Assembly: GCA_013239625.1 (NCBI GenBank)
Contig: MU053994.1
Coordinates: 3,825,434-3,889,433, forward strand
From: Lama guanicoe
Lineage: Eukaryota
Reading direction: 5' to 3'
DNA length: 64,000 bases
Positions within the stretch are counted from its first letter, which is position 1, and every line of letters begins with the position of its first letter. Shown here one piece after another: positions 50,951 to 63,900 of the stretch. The translations under genes were made by a program, and so were the position numbers. Under the pieces are notes generated by a model. The model had not been told where the DNA came from. It saw only the letters and a list, made by a program, of their open reading frames with translations, and searched no databases.

Positions 50951-51611
50951 CAAGTTTTCAACTAACTTGATTGAAGACCAGTGCTTCAGTTGAAAGCTTA
51001 TGTAGACTTGTAACTTGGCCTGCCATTTGGGGCCACAGATGAGTAAGTAAGTAAAGGAAGCCAGTCTACAGAGTGAGGTAGGGACTGGAATATACAAGTG
51101 CAGAGGTCATTTCTTGACTTTTAGCAACTCTGTAGATTAAGGTTCTACAAGGCAGAAATCATGGGAATAGGAAGCAGGGCTCTGGTTGCTGGACTGAGTT
51201 TCCTGGCTGGCATTCCTATGTGGGGGAGGACTGGCTATCATTGGCCTGTCTTGGAGAAACTGGGATATCATGTTTTTTCTTCAAATAAGGCAGAATTATT
51301 AGCAGTAGAACTGAGGCACCATGTCAGAATATGGTCTACAAAGTTGTCTTAAAGTTGAGTCACCTGAAAACAAGGACAGTTTAAATTTTTCTAATGGAGA
51401 ACAGGATCAATCCAAATGTCTAAGGAGTGTCTGGGTCTACGACTGAGGATCAAGAATTTCCAAAGAGGAGTAAAGGAGGTTCAAGGAGCTTGTTATTTTG
51501 TGTATCCAGTTCCCTTTCCCATGTTTCCTCTGAAAATTTTCTTATGAAAAGCATATTGCCTTTTCTGACTTCCCTATCCAGCTTAAATTATACCATTCCC
51601 CTGCCAGACTC

Positions 51612-52280
51612 ATAAGTGGTCACCCCTAATATGATACCACTCTGCCTTTCCCCTCTCCTCATCATGAAATGGGTTGAATCAAGGATGTATTCCTGCCTGG
51701 CCCAAGGGAAAGTGTTCCATGTGGCTTGGGTGGGCCTAACCCTGGCTACAGGGATGTGCTTGTGTTGCAGACCTGGCAAACAGGCTAGTCCATCTCCTTG
51801 GCTCCAGTGATTGGTTCAGTCTCAATCCAGGGTCTCAGCCAGGGCCATAAGAGTCTTTCCTGGAAATCTTTTCTTCCAGAAATTTAAGGAGAGACTATTA
51901 TTTCTATGCTGATGGCTGAACTGACAAGATCTGAGGGTAGAGCTGCTAGTGGCCATTTTGATGCTGTTCAGTGAAACTCTGCAGATGAATTCTGGTAATG
52001 AAAGAAGTGTGGTGAAGAGCAGGAGGGAGGGAGAGAAGGAGAGAAAAAAGAAGGGAGGGAGAAAGAGAGAATGAATATGAGTATTGAATATTAGAGAGAG
52101 AGAGAAAGAGAGACAAAGACCTGAAAATATTGTCTTAACTTCTGGATGTAGCTCAGCTAAAGCTAACTCTACCCCTGGATTTGCCAGTTACTAGACCAAT
52201 AAATCCCCTCCTCTTCTTTCTTAAACTAGTTTGAGTTAGATATCTATTACCTTAGACTGACAGAGTCTTGACTAATTCAC
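51612..52280 (+). mobile_element. Old MaLR/ERVL LTR with internal GA-rich tract
   Basis: End ccaataaatcccctc...ttaaactagtttgagttag...cagagtcttgactaattca. ccttggctccagtgattggttcag core. Confidence 0.62.
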
Positions 52281-52544
52281 CAGGGCACTGAGGGAGAAAG
52301 GAGGCAGGCCATTGTGAGGATTAGGTCTGTTTTATTAGCAAAGAGCTCTACTCCTCAAAATACAGGAGAGAAAAGCTGCTAGATTCTACTGAAGGCAGGA
52401 AGAAAATGGTAAAATCATAAAGGATATCAGAGCAAAAATGATGAGGCCTAATTCAGTTTACATTCTAATTATTAGATAAAGGTTTGTATAAGACTTTTAA
52501 GCCTTACCATGCTTTTGTAACGTCAGTAATGGGTACTGGTTAAG

Positions 52545-53010
52545 CTACACAGCTTATAGTCGGGAACTCATGAAGGACTCAGGTAGGAGATTTCACTGGA
52601 AGTCTCTCATGCAGCTGTAGTCAAATGTTATCTGGGGCTGCCATTGTCTGAAGTCTCGAGTTGGTTGAATGTCCAAAATGGTGCACGCACATGGCTGGAA
52701 GTTGATGATGGTTGTCAGCTAGAAGTTCAGTTGAGGTTATCAACTGGAGCATCTGCACAATAGCCTACTCGTGTCGCTTGGTTTCCTCACAGTATGGTTA
52801 TTTAGGGGCACAGGAGTGTTGTAGTGAACAAAGCAGAAGCTGTTTTTCCTTTTCTGACCCAGCCTCTAGAGTCACACATCACTTTTACTGTATTTGAGTG
52901 TACAGGTGAGTCACAAGCCTGCCTAGGTTCAAGGGGGGAGAATACAGATCCTGCCTCTTGATAGGTAGAGTGAAGCAAAATGTGAGGCCATAAAAATAAA
53001 ACTGCGACAA
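52545..53010 (-). mobile_element. MLT1F/H-like MaLR LTR
   Basis: tctcatgcagctgtagtcaaatg...ttctgacccagcctctagagtcacacatcacttttactgtatt. Confidence 0.72.
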
Positions 53011-55374
53011 TGACCTTCTCTATATTTGTAAGTTCTGTCCATGTGAGTCGACCTTGTAACGGTGAGACTTGATGTTGGGCCTTCCCCAGGTTACCTGATG
53101 TCCTTCAGGACATGAGTCACGGAGGTATCACCTACTCTGTTTAAAGACCCTAGGTATACACACTCTTTGTGCTGCTGTGTGTTTCTAGCTGAAGTCACCA
53201 GTGAGATATTACTCTCGCCTCTGTGTGACGTGTCCTTGCTCTCTGCTCCATATCCACCCCATTCTCCTTCTCACTTTCCCTGGAAGTGAGGCTCTACGCT
53301 TTGCAGCAGCTGTTCCAGAGTCAGGCTGTCATCGCTTATTCTCCCATCGGCACCCACTCTGAGAGTTCCAGTCAGCTCAACTCAATGACCACTGCTTGCA
53401 GCCCAAAGGGTCTTCAGGTTAGGTCACTGTGGTTTAGGAAGATCTCCTTCCTAGATTCTCTTTAACATGTTAATCATCCACTGTGGATCGGTTGCCCCTG
53501 AGGTGACATGGGTGATGTGGCAATCAATGTGTTAATGGAGGATGAACAGATGAGCAGAGGAGTGATCTCTGCCACTGACAGAGATGAGAGAAAGCCCTGG
53601 GAAGGTTTGATACTTTTCCTGCGGAAACTCTTCGTAGGGGTCGTTAGCATTGCTGGCCAGTAGTCTCTGAAAATAATGCTGATTCTGATTCTTTGGTGAT
53701 TTTTTCAGAAACTATCTAGAAACAAAACACAACACTGAGACTTTTACTGTAGTAAACATTTTAAAGCAAATCAAAACACAAAGAACACAATATGCAGATA
53801 GATGCAATAACTCTGCATTACTATATTTAATATTTTCAATTTTTGAAGAGATTTGGTTCACTGCCAAAATAATCCAAAACACTAGAATCCTGTTAGTTTT
53901 TAAGAACCAATTAGGTGAGAAGTTACCAATTTTTAAAGTAATTTTGGACTTCTAAGAGGAAAAATAAATCTATTTTAAGGGACCACAAGCTTCTCTCATA
54001 CTCCTAAATATAATTATGCCACAACCAACATAGATAACACTGCCCAAAATGCAACTTTAAGATAAGACTGAATAAGAACTTTTAAGCCCGAAGGAAAATA
54101 TTTATGAATAGTCTAAAAGAGGAAAAATGGTAATTTATAAGAAAGATTGGGAAATGAGATTCAAAGGAATATTATGTTCAAACTATATATTATGGTTATG
54201 GTTAGAGTGTCCTTGAAGCTTATAGTCGCCCAAAATCATGAAATTAGAAAGCTAGTCCTAAGGAGTTGAAGGATGTGGTAATTATCCCAGTTGTGGTTAA
54301 GGGTACAAGTAATTCATTTTAAGTTACACACCACTGTATCTCCCTTTCTGAAATCTCATGAAAAGAGCAATTTCAGTCAGGTTAAAAACACCAAATGGAA
54401 AAAATCATTGATTTGTTTTTTTTTCATCACCTCATGGACCAAATCAAAAAGACTGTAGGACTGATTGCCCTGATTATATGTCAAAAAAAAAAGAGTCCTC
54501 CCAAATGTAATTCAGAAGCAGACTCTAAAATTGATGGGTATTTTCCTTAATTCCTTTTCATTTGAGAATGGAGAGCCTATATTTCTCAGATGAAAAAGAC
54601 AGAGAACTCTGGGATCACAGCTGACCTGCTGTGATGTTGCAGGGAGATACTTTTTAGGAGGTTTGATAGAATCAGGGTGGCTCATTGAAGAAAGGAGACC
54701 TGGTGTAAGATACCTGGAAGGTTTGTGTTGTGTGTGCCCTTTTGTCTCTGATAGTGAGGGATGCAAGAGGTGGAACAAGACAAGCTAATAGCCATTTCTT
54801 TCTGTGAGCAAGAATTGCCTCTTCTACATTAAAAAATCTTGCAGTTTAATTTTGGAGAGTTTGTGGGCTCACAGGTGAGGGAAGGAAGGAAACCGTAAAA
54901 TAGGGTGTAGTCTAAGGCAGGATGGGAAGTACTTCTATCTTATTGTCTGTCTTCCTCCTAGCCTGCTGCTCATTTTAATTTTTTGTCTTTCAACTTTAGT
55001 TGAAGTTGGCAGGTAAGCCTTATGGGAGCACAGGCACTTTGCTGATCTCTAACACCCAGACTTCCTACCAGATCCAAATCCCATCCAAGGCCTCTATTTA
55101 GATGGCACAAAGGCACCCCAAACTCAACGAAAACGTGTCCAATGCAGAAACCATATTTTATCCCTTCCCTATATCTACTCTTCTCTTTCAACTGAACCTT
55201 TATATAGCAACCAAAGTCAGTCTTTCAATACATGAATCAAATCATGACCTTTGTGTGCTTAAAACCCATGATAACTTTCATTGTCTCTTAGAATAAAGAT
55301 CCAAATCTTTAACAAAGACTTGAATGACCTGGATCCTGCTGACCTCTCTAGACTCATCTCATAGTTCTCTCCTT

Positions 55375-55737
55375 CCGGATTTTATAGGGGCAGACACTGA
55401 GACAAAGTTTGGAATACACTGTTTACAAACAGACACCAATCTTTGTGAAAGGAAATGAGGAAGAAGCCAGATAGGGCAGAGAATGAAGTCAAACTTCAAC
55501 GCAGACCCAACAAAGCCTCCACCAACCCAGTGGGGAGCTTCAGAGTTTTGCTCACCAGAGTTGTCAAGCCTCTGGCCTTTATATCCTACCTACAAGGAGC
55601 TTGGATGTGACCCCAGGCATGAACTCTGGCAAAGCGTGTTTCTGCAGCCCTGGCAGATCCTGGAGGAGTGGACAGCTGGGGCGAGTCCTTCCCTGGACGG
55701 GATTCTGGGTGGCCCTTCCCTGCGTCTTCCATACCAT
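55375..55737 (-). mobile_element. LTR16-like ERVL LTR
   Basis: gcagacactgagacaaagtttgg...aaagcctccaccaacccagtggggagcttcagag. Resembles the reverse complement of 2600-3070. Confidence 0.58.
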
Positions 55738-55917
55738 ATACTACAGTCAGACTTGATTTTTCCACTTCCTCAAAACTCATGGAGTACTTTCTCACATCCC
55801 ACCTTGTGTCTACTGTTCCTGTTCTTGAAGCACTCCCCCTCCCTATTATATACCAAGTTACTTCTCATAGCACGTTTCATAGTCTGTAATTTGTACTTTT
55901 TAGGGGTATAGATTTTC

Positions 55918-57208
55918 TTTTTTTTAACATTTTTTATTGATTTATAATCATTTTACAATGTTGTGTCAAATTCCAGTGTTCAGCACAATTTTCAGTCATT
56001 CATGGACATATACACACTCATTGTCACATTTTTTTCCTCTGTGATTTATCATAACATTTTGTGTATATTTCCCTGTGCTATACAGTGTAATCTTGTTTAT
56101 CTATTCTACACTTTTGAAATCCCAGTCTATCCCTTCCCACCCTCTACCCCCCTGGTAACCACAAGTCTATATTCTCTGTGAGTCTATTTCTGTCCTGTAT
56201 TTATGCTCTGTTTTCATTTGTTTGTTTTTGTTTTTGTTTTTTAGATTCCACATATGAGCGATCTCATATGGTTTTTTTCTTTTTCTTTCTGGCTTACTTC
56301 ACTTAGAATGACATTCTCCAGGACCATCCATGTTGCTGCAAATGGCATTATGTTGTCGGTTTTTATGGCTGAGTAGTATTCCATTGTATAAATATACCAC
56401 TTCTTCTTTATCCAGTCACCTGTTGATGGACATTTAGGCTGTTTCCATGTTTTGGCTATTGTAAATAGTGCTGCTATGAACATTGGGGTGCAGGTGTCAT
56501 CCTGAAGTAGATTTCCTTCTGGATACAAGCCCAGGAGTGGGATTCCTGGGTCATATGGTAAGTCTATTCCTAGTCTTTTGAGGAATCTCCACACTGTTTT
56601 CCATAGTGGCTGCACCAAACTGCATTCCCACCAGCAGTGTAGGAGGGTTCCCCTTTCTCCACAGCCTCTCCAGCATTTGTCATTTGTGGATTTTTGAATG
56701 ACGGCCATTCTGACTGGTGTGAGGTGATACCTCATTGTAGTTTTGATTTGCATTTCTCTGATAATTAGTGATATTGAGCATTTTTTCATGTGCTTTTTGA
56801 TCATTTGTATGTCTTCCTTGGAGAATTGCTTGTTTAGGTCTTCTGCCCATTTTTGGATTGGGTTGTTTATTTTTTTCTTATTGAGTCGTATGAGCTGCTT
56901 ATATATTCTGGAGATCAAGCCTTTGTCGGTTTCACTTGCAAAAATTTTCTCCCATTCCGTAGGTTTTCTTCTTGTTTTATTTCTGGTTTCCTTTGCTCTG
57001 CAGAAGCTTGTAAGTTTCATTAGGTCCCATTTGTTTATTCTTGCTTTTATTTCTTCTAGGAGAAAATTTTTGAAATGTATGTCAGATAATGTTTTGCCTA
57101 TGTTTTCCTCTAGGAGGTTTATTGTATCTTGTCTTATGTTTAAGTCTTTAATCCATTTTGAGTTGATTTTTGTATATGGTGTAAGGGAGTGTTCTAGCTT
57201 CATTGTTT
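55918..57208 (-). mobile_element. Young camelid L1, 5'-truncated (~1.3 kb)
   Basis: TSD tagattttc at 55909-55917 and 57209-57217, with a TT/GAAA endonuclease site on minus. AATAAA plus A tail. Open ORF2 C-terminus. Confidence 0.95.
56241..57203 (-). pseudogene. LINE-1 ORF2p C-terminal 320 aa, uninterrupted
   Basis: [16 protein letters not shown]...WEKIF...[18 protein letters not shown]...ILSEVSQ. Truncated by the element's 5' end. Confidence 0.95.
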
Positions 57209-59179
57209 TAGATTTTCAAATAATTATTCTGTTTATCTCTCCTGCTTAGCTTCATGAAGGCAGGATTGTGTATACTTTATCTTCAGAGACCATTGGGGTA
57301 CCTAGCATATAGTAAATATTCCATGACCATTTGTTAAATGAAGAAATAAATATATGATTGAAAAGGCAACCTGGAGGCTCTGAGGTCCTTCTGAAAGAAG
57401 TACCAGGAGGTGGAAAGAAGGGTATTGGTGGAAAGATGGAACCACATTAAGCTAGCATAGACCACTGGCTCTTTATTAAGCATATGTTTTCCACTCAGAA
57501 ATTAAAAATGCAAATTTTTCTACCCTTATAAAAGATTGCCATTTTCCTAACATTGTTGAACTGAACACATATTGGGGATCTGGTAAGCCATTTTTGTGGC
57601 AAAATGTCCTGGTTGGAGTTCTTCTTTCTTAACATTACAAGTCATTCATTTTTGTCCAAATTTATGATATTATGACAATCAGAAAGCTCAACACTCTGTA
57701 ATCCTCCTTTCAGGAGCTTCTATAGATCAACAGGTCTAAGACCCATAGCCTGAGTAGCTATGAAATAAACCTGATTCAGGTTCTTATGTAGCTGCTCCAG
57801 CCCCACAGGGACAGAAGGATTTTAAACCTCTTACCCTGATCCTACACCCAGGAAGCCCAGCCTGGCAGTCGTTCAGACTGGTCCCACGGGCTGGCAGGAT
57901 AGAAACAAGTATAGTTACCATCAGCCCAATATAAGCTGGCATCACTGAGTCTCCATGTGGGAATTCTTCTCTAACATTTCCCAAGAAATATATTTTTCAA
58001 ATCTAGAATCTTCAGAAAAATCAGTTGAGAAATCAGGAAAATGAGAAAACGTAATTCCCCTGCAGGAATTAAAGTTTAACAATCAACAGAGATGCTACTA
58101 TTTCAAAGGAATCCATTGACATCAAAAGGAAGGCAAGAGCAGAAAATGCTGACACACTGAGTGGGAGGTTTAGGTTGACATTTTTAGGGCAGGACCATGT
58201 AGGAAAGCGGTCATGATCTAATCATTCTTGTTTGCAACAGTTGTCACCTAATAAGTGTGTGTTTGTGGCCCTATCTGCTGCCAGCAGTGAGTCATGTTTG
58301 CAAATGAAAGAAATATTAGTCAGTTTATATGCATAGTATACTTTAAACAAATCCTATGAGTTATGATCTAAGAAATAACAAATTTGGGGAGCAAAATAAG
58401 TCCTTAACTTGGCAAATTTGACATGTGATTCTATGTCGTAGTGTTAACTTTGCTAGGAAATACAATGTTATGTTACTTGAATACTACCTAATAACATTTG
58501 CTGACATTTCCAGTTTGAATATCTGCCATTGGCCACAGTCCTTTGTAAATATTACAGAACTTAATATTGCTTAGTTATTAAATGTTTCTTTTCAGATATC
58601 AGCAATAGTGAGTAAGGAGTATAAGGAATGTTGGCTATATTTTAAAAATAGCTTTTGATTTCGAGAATTCTTGAGAATACCCAGGAATTCTGATTTCTTA
58701 TCGTAGATTCCCAAAGATTAATAACTGTTAGGAATTCAGAAGCACTAGCCTGGCATAAACCTCAAATACCCCCGGGGCTCACTCAGCTGCAGCCTTCCCG
58801 GTCAGGTCCCTTATATAGGCCTCAGATGGGTGGCTGAGTTTCTATTTTGATTCCCAGCTTGGAGGCTGCTTTCCTATTCTAGGTCTGGATGCCATCCTGA
58901 GCTCCAGCTCCCTTGACCAAGGCCTTTGCTCCGGGCCCCGGTTCCCCTGGGTTCATTCTCCTCTGCCTTTGGCAGTGGACATTAGTCTCCATATCCCAAG
59001 CGAAGACTGGGCTCTTGTACCCCAAATGGGCCACCTGAAGAATTGTGTACTGTTATTCTCTGTTTGTGACTTTCCCTGGCTCCAGATCCATCCTCTTCCC
59101 CATTCTTGTCTGCCCCATTCCTGTCTGCCCCAAGGCTGATTCTGCTAGACAGCTTCACCTGGGATCCCTTTGGGTTAGA

Positions 59180-59389
59180 TTTTGACCCACAGGCCAAGTC
59201 CAGTCTACTGCCTGTTTTTGTGGATAGAGATTTATTAAAACACAGCCATGCTCATTTGTTTACATAACGTCTATGGCTATATTCAAGCTACAAGGGCAGA
59301 GTTGAGTAGTTGTAACACAGACTGTATGGATCACAAAGCCTAAAATATTTACTCTCTGGCTCTTTATGGAAAATGTTTGCTGACCCCTG
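59180..59389. mobile_element. MER58A hAT-Charlie MITE
   Basis: cacagccatgctcatttgtttacataacgtctatggct...cacaaagcctaaaatatttactctctggctcttta...gtttgctgacccctg. Confidence 0.88.
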
Positions 59390-59399
59390 GGTTAGGCTA

Positions 59400-59672
59400 A
59401 TAGACTCTCTAGCATTCCATCAGAGCTCAGCTCTAGAAACAGCGGGATCTCTCCTGGACTATAACTTCCATCAGAAGGCCTCTCCTCCAAGGCTCCAGCT
59501 CTCCACAGCCTAAGGATGGTAGTGGCTTCCTGCTGTTGCTAGTCTCTGGATGACCCAATGTCCCTTTTTTTTTCCCCATTAATTCTCACAGTTTTGTAAG
59601 TAGACCTTCATTAAAGTCTCTTCATTTGAGCCATCTGGGGTGAATTTTTCCTGCCAGGATCTAACTAATGCT
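59400..59672 (+). mobile_element. LTR33-like ERVL LTR
   Basis: cctaaggatggtagtggcttcctgctgttgctagtctctgg...cattaaagtctcttcatttga...ttcctgccaggatctaactaat. Confidence 0.72.
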
Positions 59673-60681
59673 ACATGACTACATGCCTCACATTGGCCAC
59701 ATACTTGAACAGACCCCACTGGCGAGGGACACTAGTTTACATTGGGCCAGGGTTTGCTACACTGTTATGGGTAAGGTGATTTTTCCGTTGGCTAGCTCAG
59801 TGCTCTTCACTGCTGAGTTAGTGACCCCAGTCCAGGCTTTGTCCTTAAGGATAGCTTATCCCTTTCCATTGTTGAACCATCCTCAAAGTCCCAGCATGCT
59901 GACTGAGTCTTGTACATGTTATACGAGATGCTGATAAATCTCCTTATATTATTCTCTAGTAAAATATGATTTTTGTAGTTTAGGAATCTCCATAAGTTAA
60001 GCTGGTTTTAACTTCTCTGCTGGTGTCTAGATCAAATGCTTCTAAAACGAGTTGAAAGGGTTTCTTTCAAGTCTTATACTATCCAAAGCACAAGTCTCTG
60101 TCTAGACTTGTAGGATTTTGGTTGGGATAAAGATGCTATGACATCAACACTACATCTGACTTCTTACAGTTTTATTTGATGAAGTGACTTCCAAATCTCC
60201 TGTCTCACTATTCAAATAATCTATGCTTGCTGGCATTTCTTTCTCTGGAAATTATAGAGGAAACTAATTTTTTACTATGTTGACTATAACCCAGGTTGCT
60301 TCAAAGTTTTCCTAAGAATAAAAACATAATTTTCACATTTTCTATTAGATTTACCATCTGAAGTATTAACTACAGAACAGAAACTTGATCAAGGAAGATT
60401 ATGGAAGGGACAACATTTCAAAATGAGAAATACTCAAGTCTGAAAGTCATGTATGGTGATCTTGACTTCAATAATCTTGTTTCCCATCTTGCTTCTGCCT
60501 CTCTGTTGGACTATTTAAAATTCCCTATACAATAATTAGTTAAATAAAACCCTATACTCCCATTCAAGGAGAGTTATATAAAAATGTTAGGAATGTAAGT
60601 GCTATATTCTACAATGTTGGTGGTTGTTCATTACTTAAGGGCATAATGCCATGAGGATACAAAGTATTAAGCAAACTTAAT

Positions 60682-60880
60682 AGCTAACACTTACTTAGCT
60701 CTTTATAGTTTACAGAGCATTTCCTCATGCATTGTCTCATTGGTCCTCATAATAACTGTGGAAGGTAAATATTATTTACTCCTACTTTGCAAATGAGGAA
60801 ATTGAGGCTCACTTATTTGCTCAGTGTAATATGTCTAGTAAGTTTTCGTATTGTTAGTGGGCTCAAGACTGCTGTAGAGC
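60682..60880 (-). mobile_element. MIR SINE
   Basis: agctaacacttac...tctcattggtcctcataataactgtggaaggta...ttgcaaatgaggaaattgaggctc. Confidence 0.8.
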
Positions 60881-61738
60881 TGGGGGATTGGGACCTCCAA
60901 GAGAAAGATGGAAGTGTAGAAAACTGAACCAACTGCAGAGAGTAGTCCCGGCAAGAACACCTAGCCAGTTGCATCCCAGGAGCTGACAGGCAGGGCAAAT
61001 CTGGGCGTGGTTTAGGCAATTATCAGCATCAAGGGAGAGGCTACTCTAGCTGATAAATCACAGTGGTCGAAATAATTAGACCCTGAGCTATTCTGGAGTG
61101 TTCAGAAGAGAATTACAGGCAGAAGCTCAGTGCCATGGACTGGGCCAATGTGGGAGGCAGAGAAATGCCTATCAGTGATGTTAATTCTAAGTTCCACCCG
61201 TATGTATATTGAGACTTCTGTTATGTGTCCTGCTTCTGTTCCATCAACTGCCTCTATGGGTGGGCACCTTGATGGCCAGGGATAGGGATAATGAGGGCAA
61301 GAGACATTAGGCAGGGGTTGAACCTGGAAGGGCAGTTCTTAGTTCTTTTCCTTCATAGCCTATGTACTTTCCATTGTCATGGATGGGGCAGGGCAGAAAA
61401 TGAAAAAGCAGAAACAAGACTAAAGTCAAGTTATCAATTGGTGTATAGAGAGATGGGTCTAATCAGGGAAGGCTTCATGTCGCAAGTGAAATTTTAGCTT
61501 ATTCTACAAAGAAACAGAAGATATGGTTTACTATCTGTTGTGACCCTTAATACAGTTAAATGGTAACATTAGTTGCCTTAAAACCTAATCATGTATTTTT
61601 ATCATCTTCTACAGGGAAGTCAGGTCAACTTTCTTCCAATCTCATTTCTTTTCTAAAATATCTATTCTTAGTTCTAAAGACCAATTGAAGCAGATAATGT
61701 TGTCTCACATTTTCCATGGATATAAAAACTCTTTAGAG

Positions 61739-62054
61739 CTGTTGTGTTCGATATGGTAGCCACTAGCTACATGTGGCTGTCGAGTACCTGAAATGTGGCT
61801 ACTCTTAGCTAAGATTGTACCATAAGTGTAAAATATATAGTGGATTTTGAAGACTTAGTATGAATGAAAGTGTAAACTCTCATTAATTTTTATATTGATT
61901 ACATGTTGAAACAATACTATTTTGGATATATTGGGTTAAGTAAAATGTATTATTAAAATAAATCCCACTGATTTCTTTTACATTTTTAGTGTGACTACAA
62001 GAAAATTTAAAATTACAGATGTGGCTAATGTCCTTTTTCTATTGGACAGTACTT
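61739..62054. mobile_element. MER33 hAT-Charlie element
   Basis: tggtagccactagctacatgtggct...ttttatattgattacatgttgaaac...ctattggacagtact. Degenerate 8-bp TSD ctttagag / ctttaagg. Confidence 0.88.
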
Positions 62055-63009
62055 CTTTAAGGAGAAGCACCCGGTTCCCGAAGGGTTGCTCCCTTTTCAG
62101 CCTTTGCCAAATGATTCTCTCCCCGCTAGGCCAGTTCTAACAAGTCAAATAATGCAGATTTCATAATTGGAAGGAAGGCTGCAAGTCATTTGGAAATTAG
62201 GTGATGAAACTGCAACAGGATCATAACTCTTGCATGACAATGTGCTTTTCTGAGCCTTTCTTATTCCAAATGGAATAGTTACTGCTCTGTTCTCTCCTCT
62301 AGCTAATTTACATCTTATTTTCTTTCTGTCAGAAGTGTCATTTCCTGTGACTGATGAAACCATCTTTGCTAAGTGCAAAAACAAGGCCACCACGTTATTC
62401 AAACTGTATTCACTACAGATACTTTCATCCTCTGGATGGGGAAGAATTCATACAGTTGCTGGGAAACCCTTTAAAAAAAATCACGATGGTTACTTTCAGA
62501 AATTGAAATCAAGACTGTAGGAACAAAAAATATTATTACCCCTACAAATATGAGAAAATTGAGACACTATCGGGCAGAACAGTTTCTTTAATCCTAGGTC
62601 ATGTCTATACATGGCCTCTGAATTTGCCATTTTTTGACTTAAGTGTTTTAGGGTCAACTTAATGATGGGGTATCTACACAATTAATTAGATTGAAAATGC
62701 AATAGAGTTAATACACTTAGAGTTGATTCAGTTTTTAAAGGTGATTTTATAAGGCTATAGCCTTCATTTTATGAACGCATTTAAGTCAGTGACAGCAATG
62801 TTAGAACTTTATAATTATTATTACCTGAAAATAAGGAAGTTATGTTAACCGAAAGGAAACAGACCTTTCCTCTTTAAGAGGCAACTGGGACCAACTACAT
62901 GGTTTTATATACTCCCATGATGCCTTTTTCCTGCTTTTCTTGAGTTCCTTGTTAAGTTATCTTCATTGAATTTATTAAAATATCAATAGTTCAGACTTGT
63001 GTATTATTT

Positions 63010-63900
63010 TGTATTATTTTAAGCTGCATATAGTAAAATTCACCTTTTAATTTTAACACATGCATAGATTTTGGTAACCACCACTAACAGGATGTAGAAC
63101 AGCTCCAACACCCCCCAAAATTTCCTTTTGCTACCTCTTTGCATTCAAACACTTCTCCTATCCACAATCCCTGGCAACCACTGAGGGTTTCTATGTTCCT
63201 ATAATTTTGCCTTTTAGAGAATACCATATAAATGGAATCATCCGATGTGTAACCTTTTGAGACTGATTTCTTTTAATTAGCATAATGTATTTGAGGATTC
63301 ATTCATGTTGTTGCAGCTATCAATAGTTTGTTCTGTTTTATTGCTGACAACAACAATATGTTTATCCATTCACTTAATGAAGGATACTTGGGTTACTTCC
63401 AGATTTTGGCGACTAGGGATAATGCTGCTTTAAATGTTCAAGTACAGGTGTTTGTGTGAACATTAAGTTTCATTTCTCTAGAGTAAATACCTAGGAGCAA
63501 GAATGCTGGGTCATATGGTAAGTGTATATTTAAATTTATAAGAATTTGCCAAACTTTTCTGGAGTAGCTGTGCCATTTGGCATTCCTACCAGCAACATGT
63601 GAGAGTTTCGTTGCTTTGTAGTTTCGCTAGCACTAGGTATCATCAGTATTTTTTATTTTAGCCACTCTAATAGGAGTATAATGGTGTCCATTGCAGTTTT
63701 AATTTTCAGATCTTTAATAAATAATGGTGTTGAGGATCTATTCATAAGTTTACTTGCCATCCATGTATTTTCTTTGGTGAAATTCTATTCAAATCTTTTG
63801 CCCAGTTTTAAAAATTCAGTTGTTTATTTTCTTACAGAGTTTTGAGGTATAACTCTTTTGTCAAATATGTGACTTCCAAATATTTCTCTCAGTCTGTGGC
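63010..63900 (-). mobile_element. Ancient L1 (L1MB8/L1ME1-like) 3' end
   Basis: atccctggcaaccactg...catataaatggaatcatcc...gagtaaatacctaggag...gctgggtcatatggtaagtg. Confidence 0.85.

Larger units (their letters stand above)
55015..57352 (+). mobile_element. L2 3' region split by an LTR (~55375-55737) and a young L1 (55909-57217)
   Basis: cttagaataaagatccaaatctttaac... and the L2 tail gcttcatgaaggcaggattgtg...cctagcatatagtaaatattccatgaccatttgttaaatgaag. Confidence 0.65.

Noticed and set aside
53508..53663. 51-aa ORF containing LRKLFVG, reminiscent of an RRM RNP2 motif
   Set aside because: The similarity is limited to about 7 residues, a stop follows shortly, and there is no RNP1, TSD or tail. 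Likely chance.
56743..57249. 168-aa hydrophobic plus-strand ORF
   Set aside because: It is the antisense frame of L1 ORF2, a common artefact.
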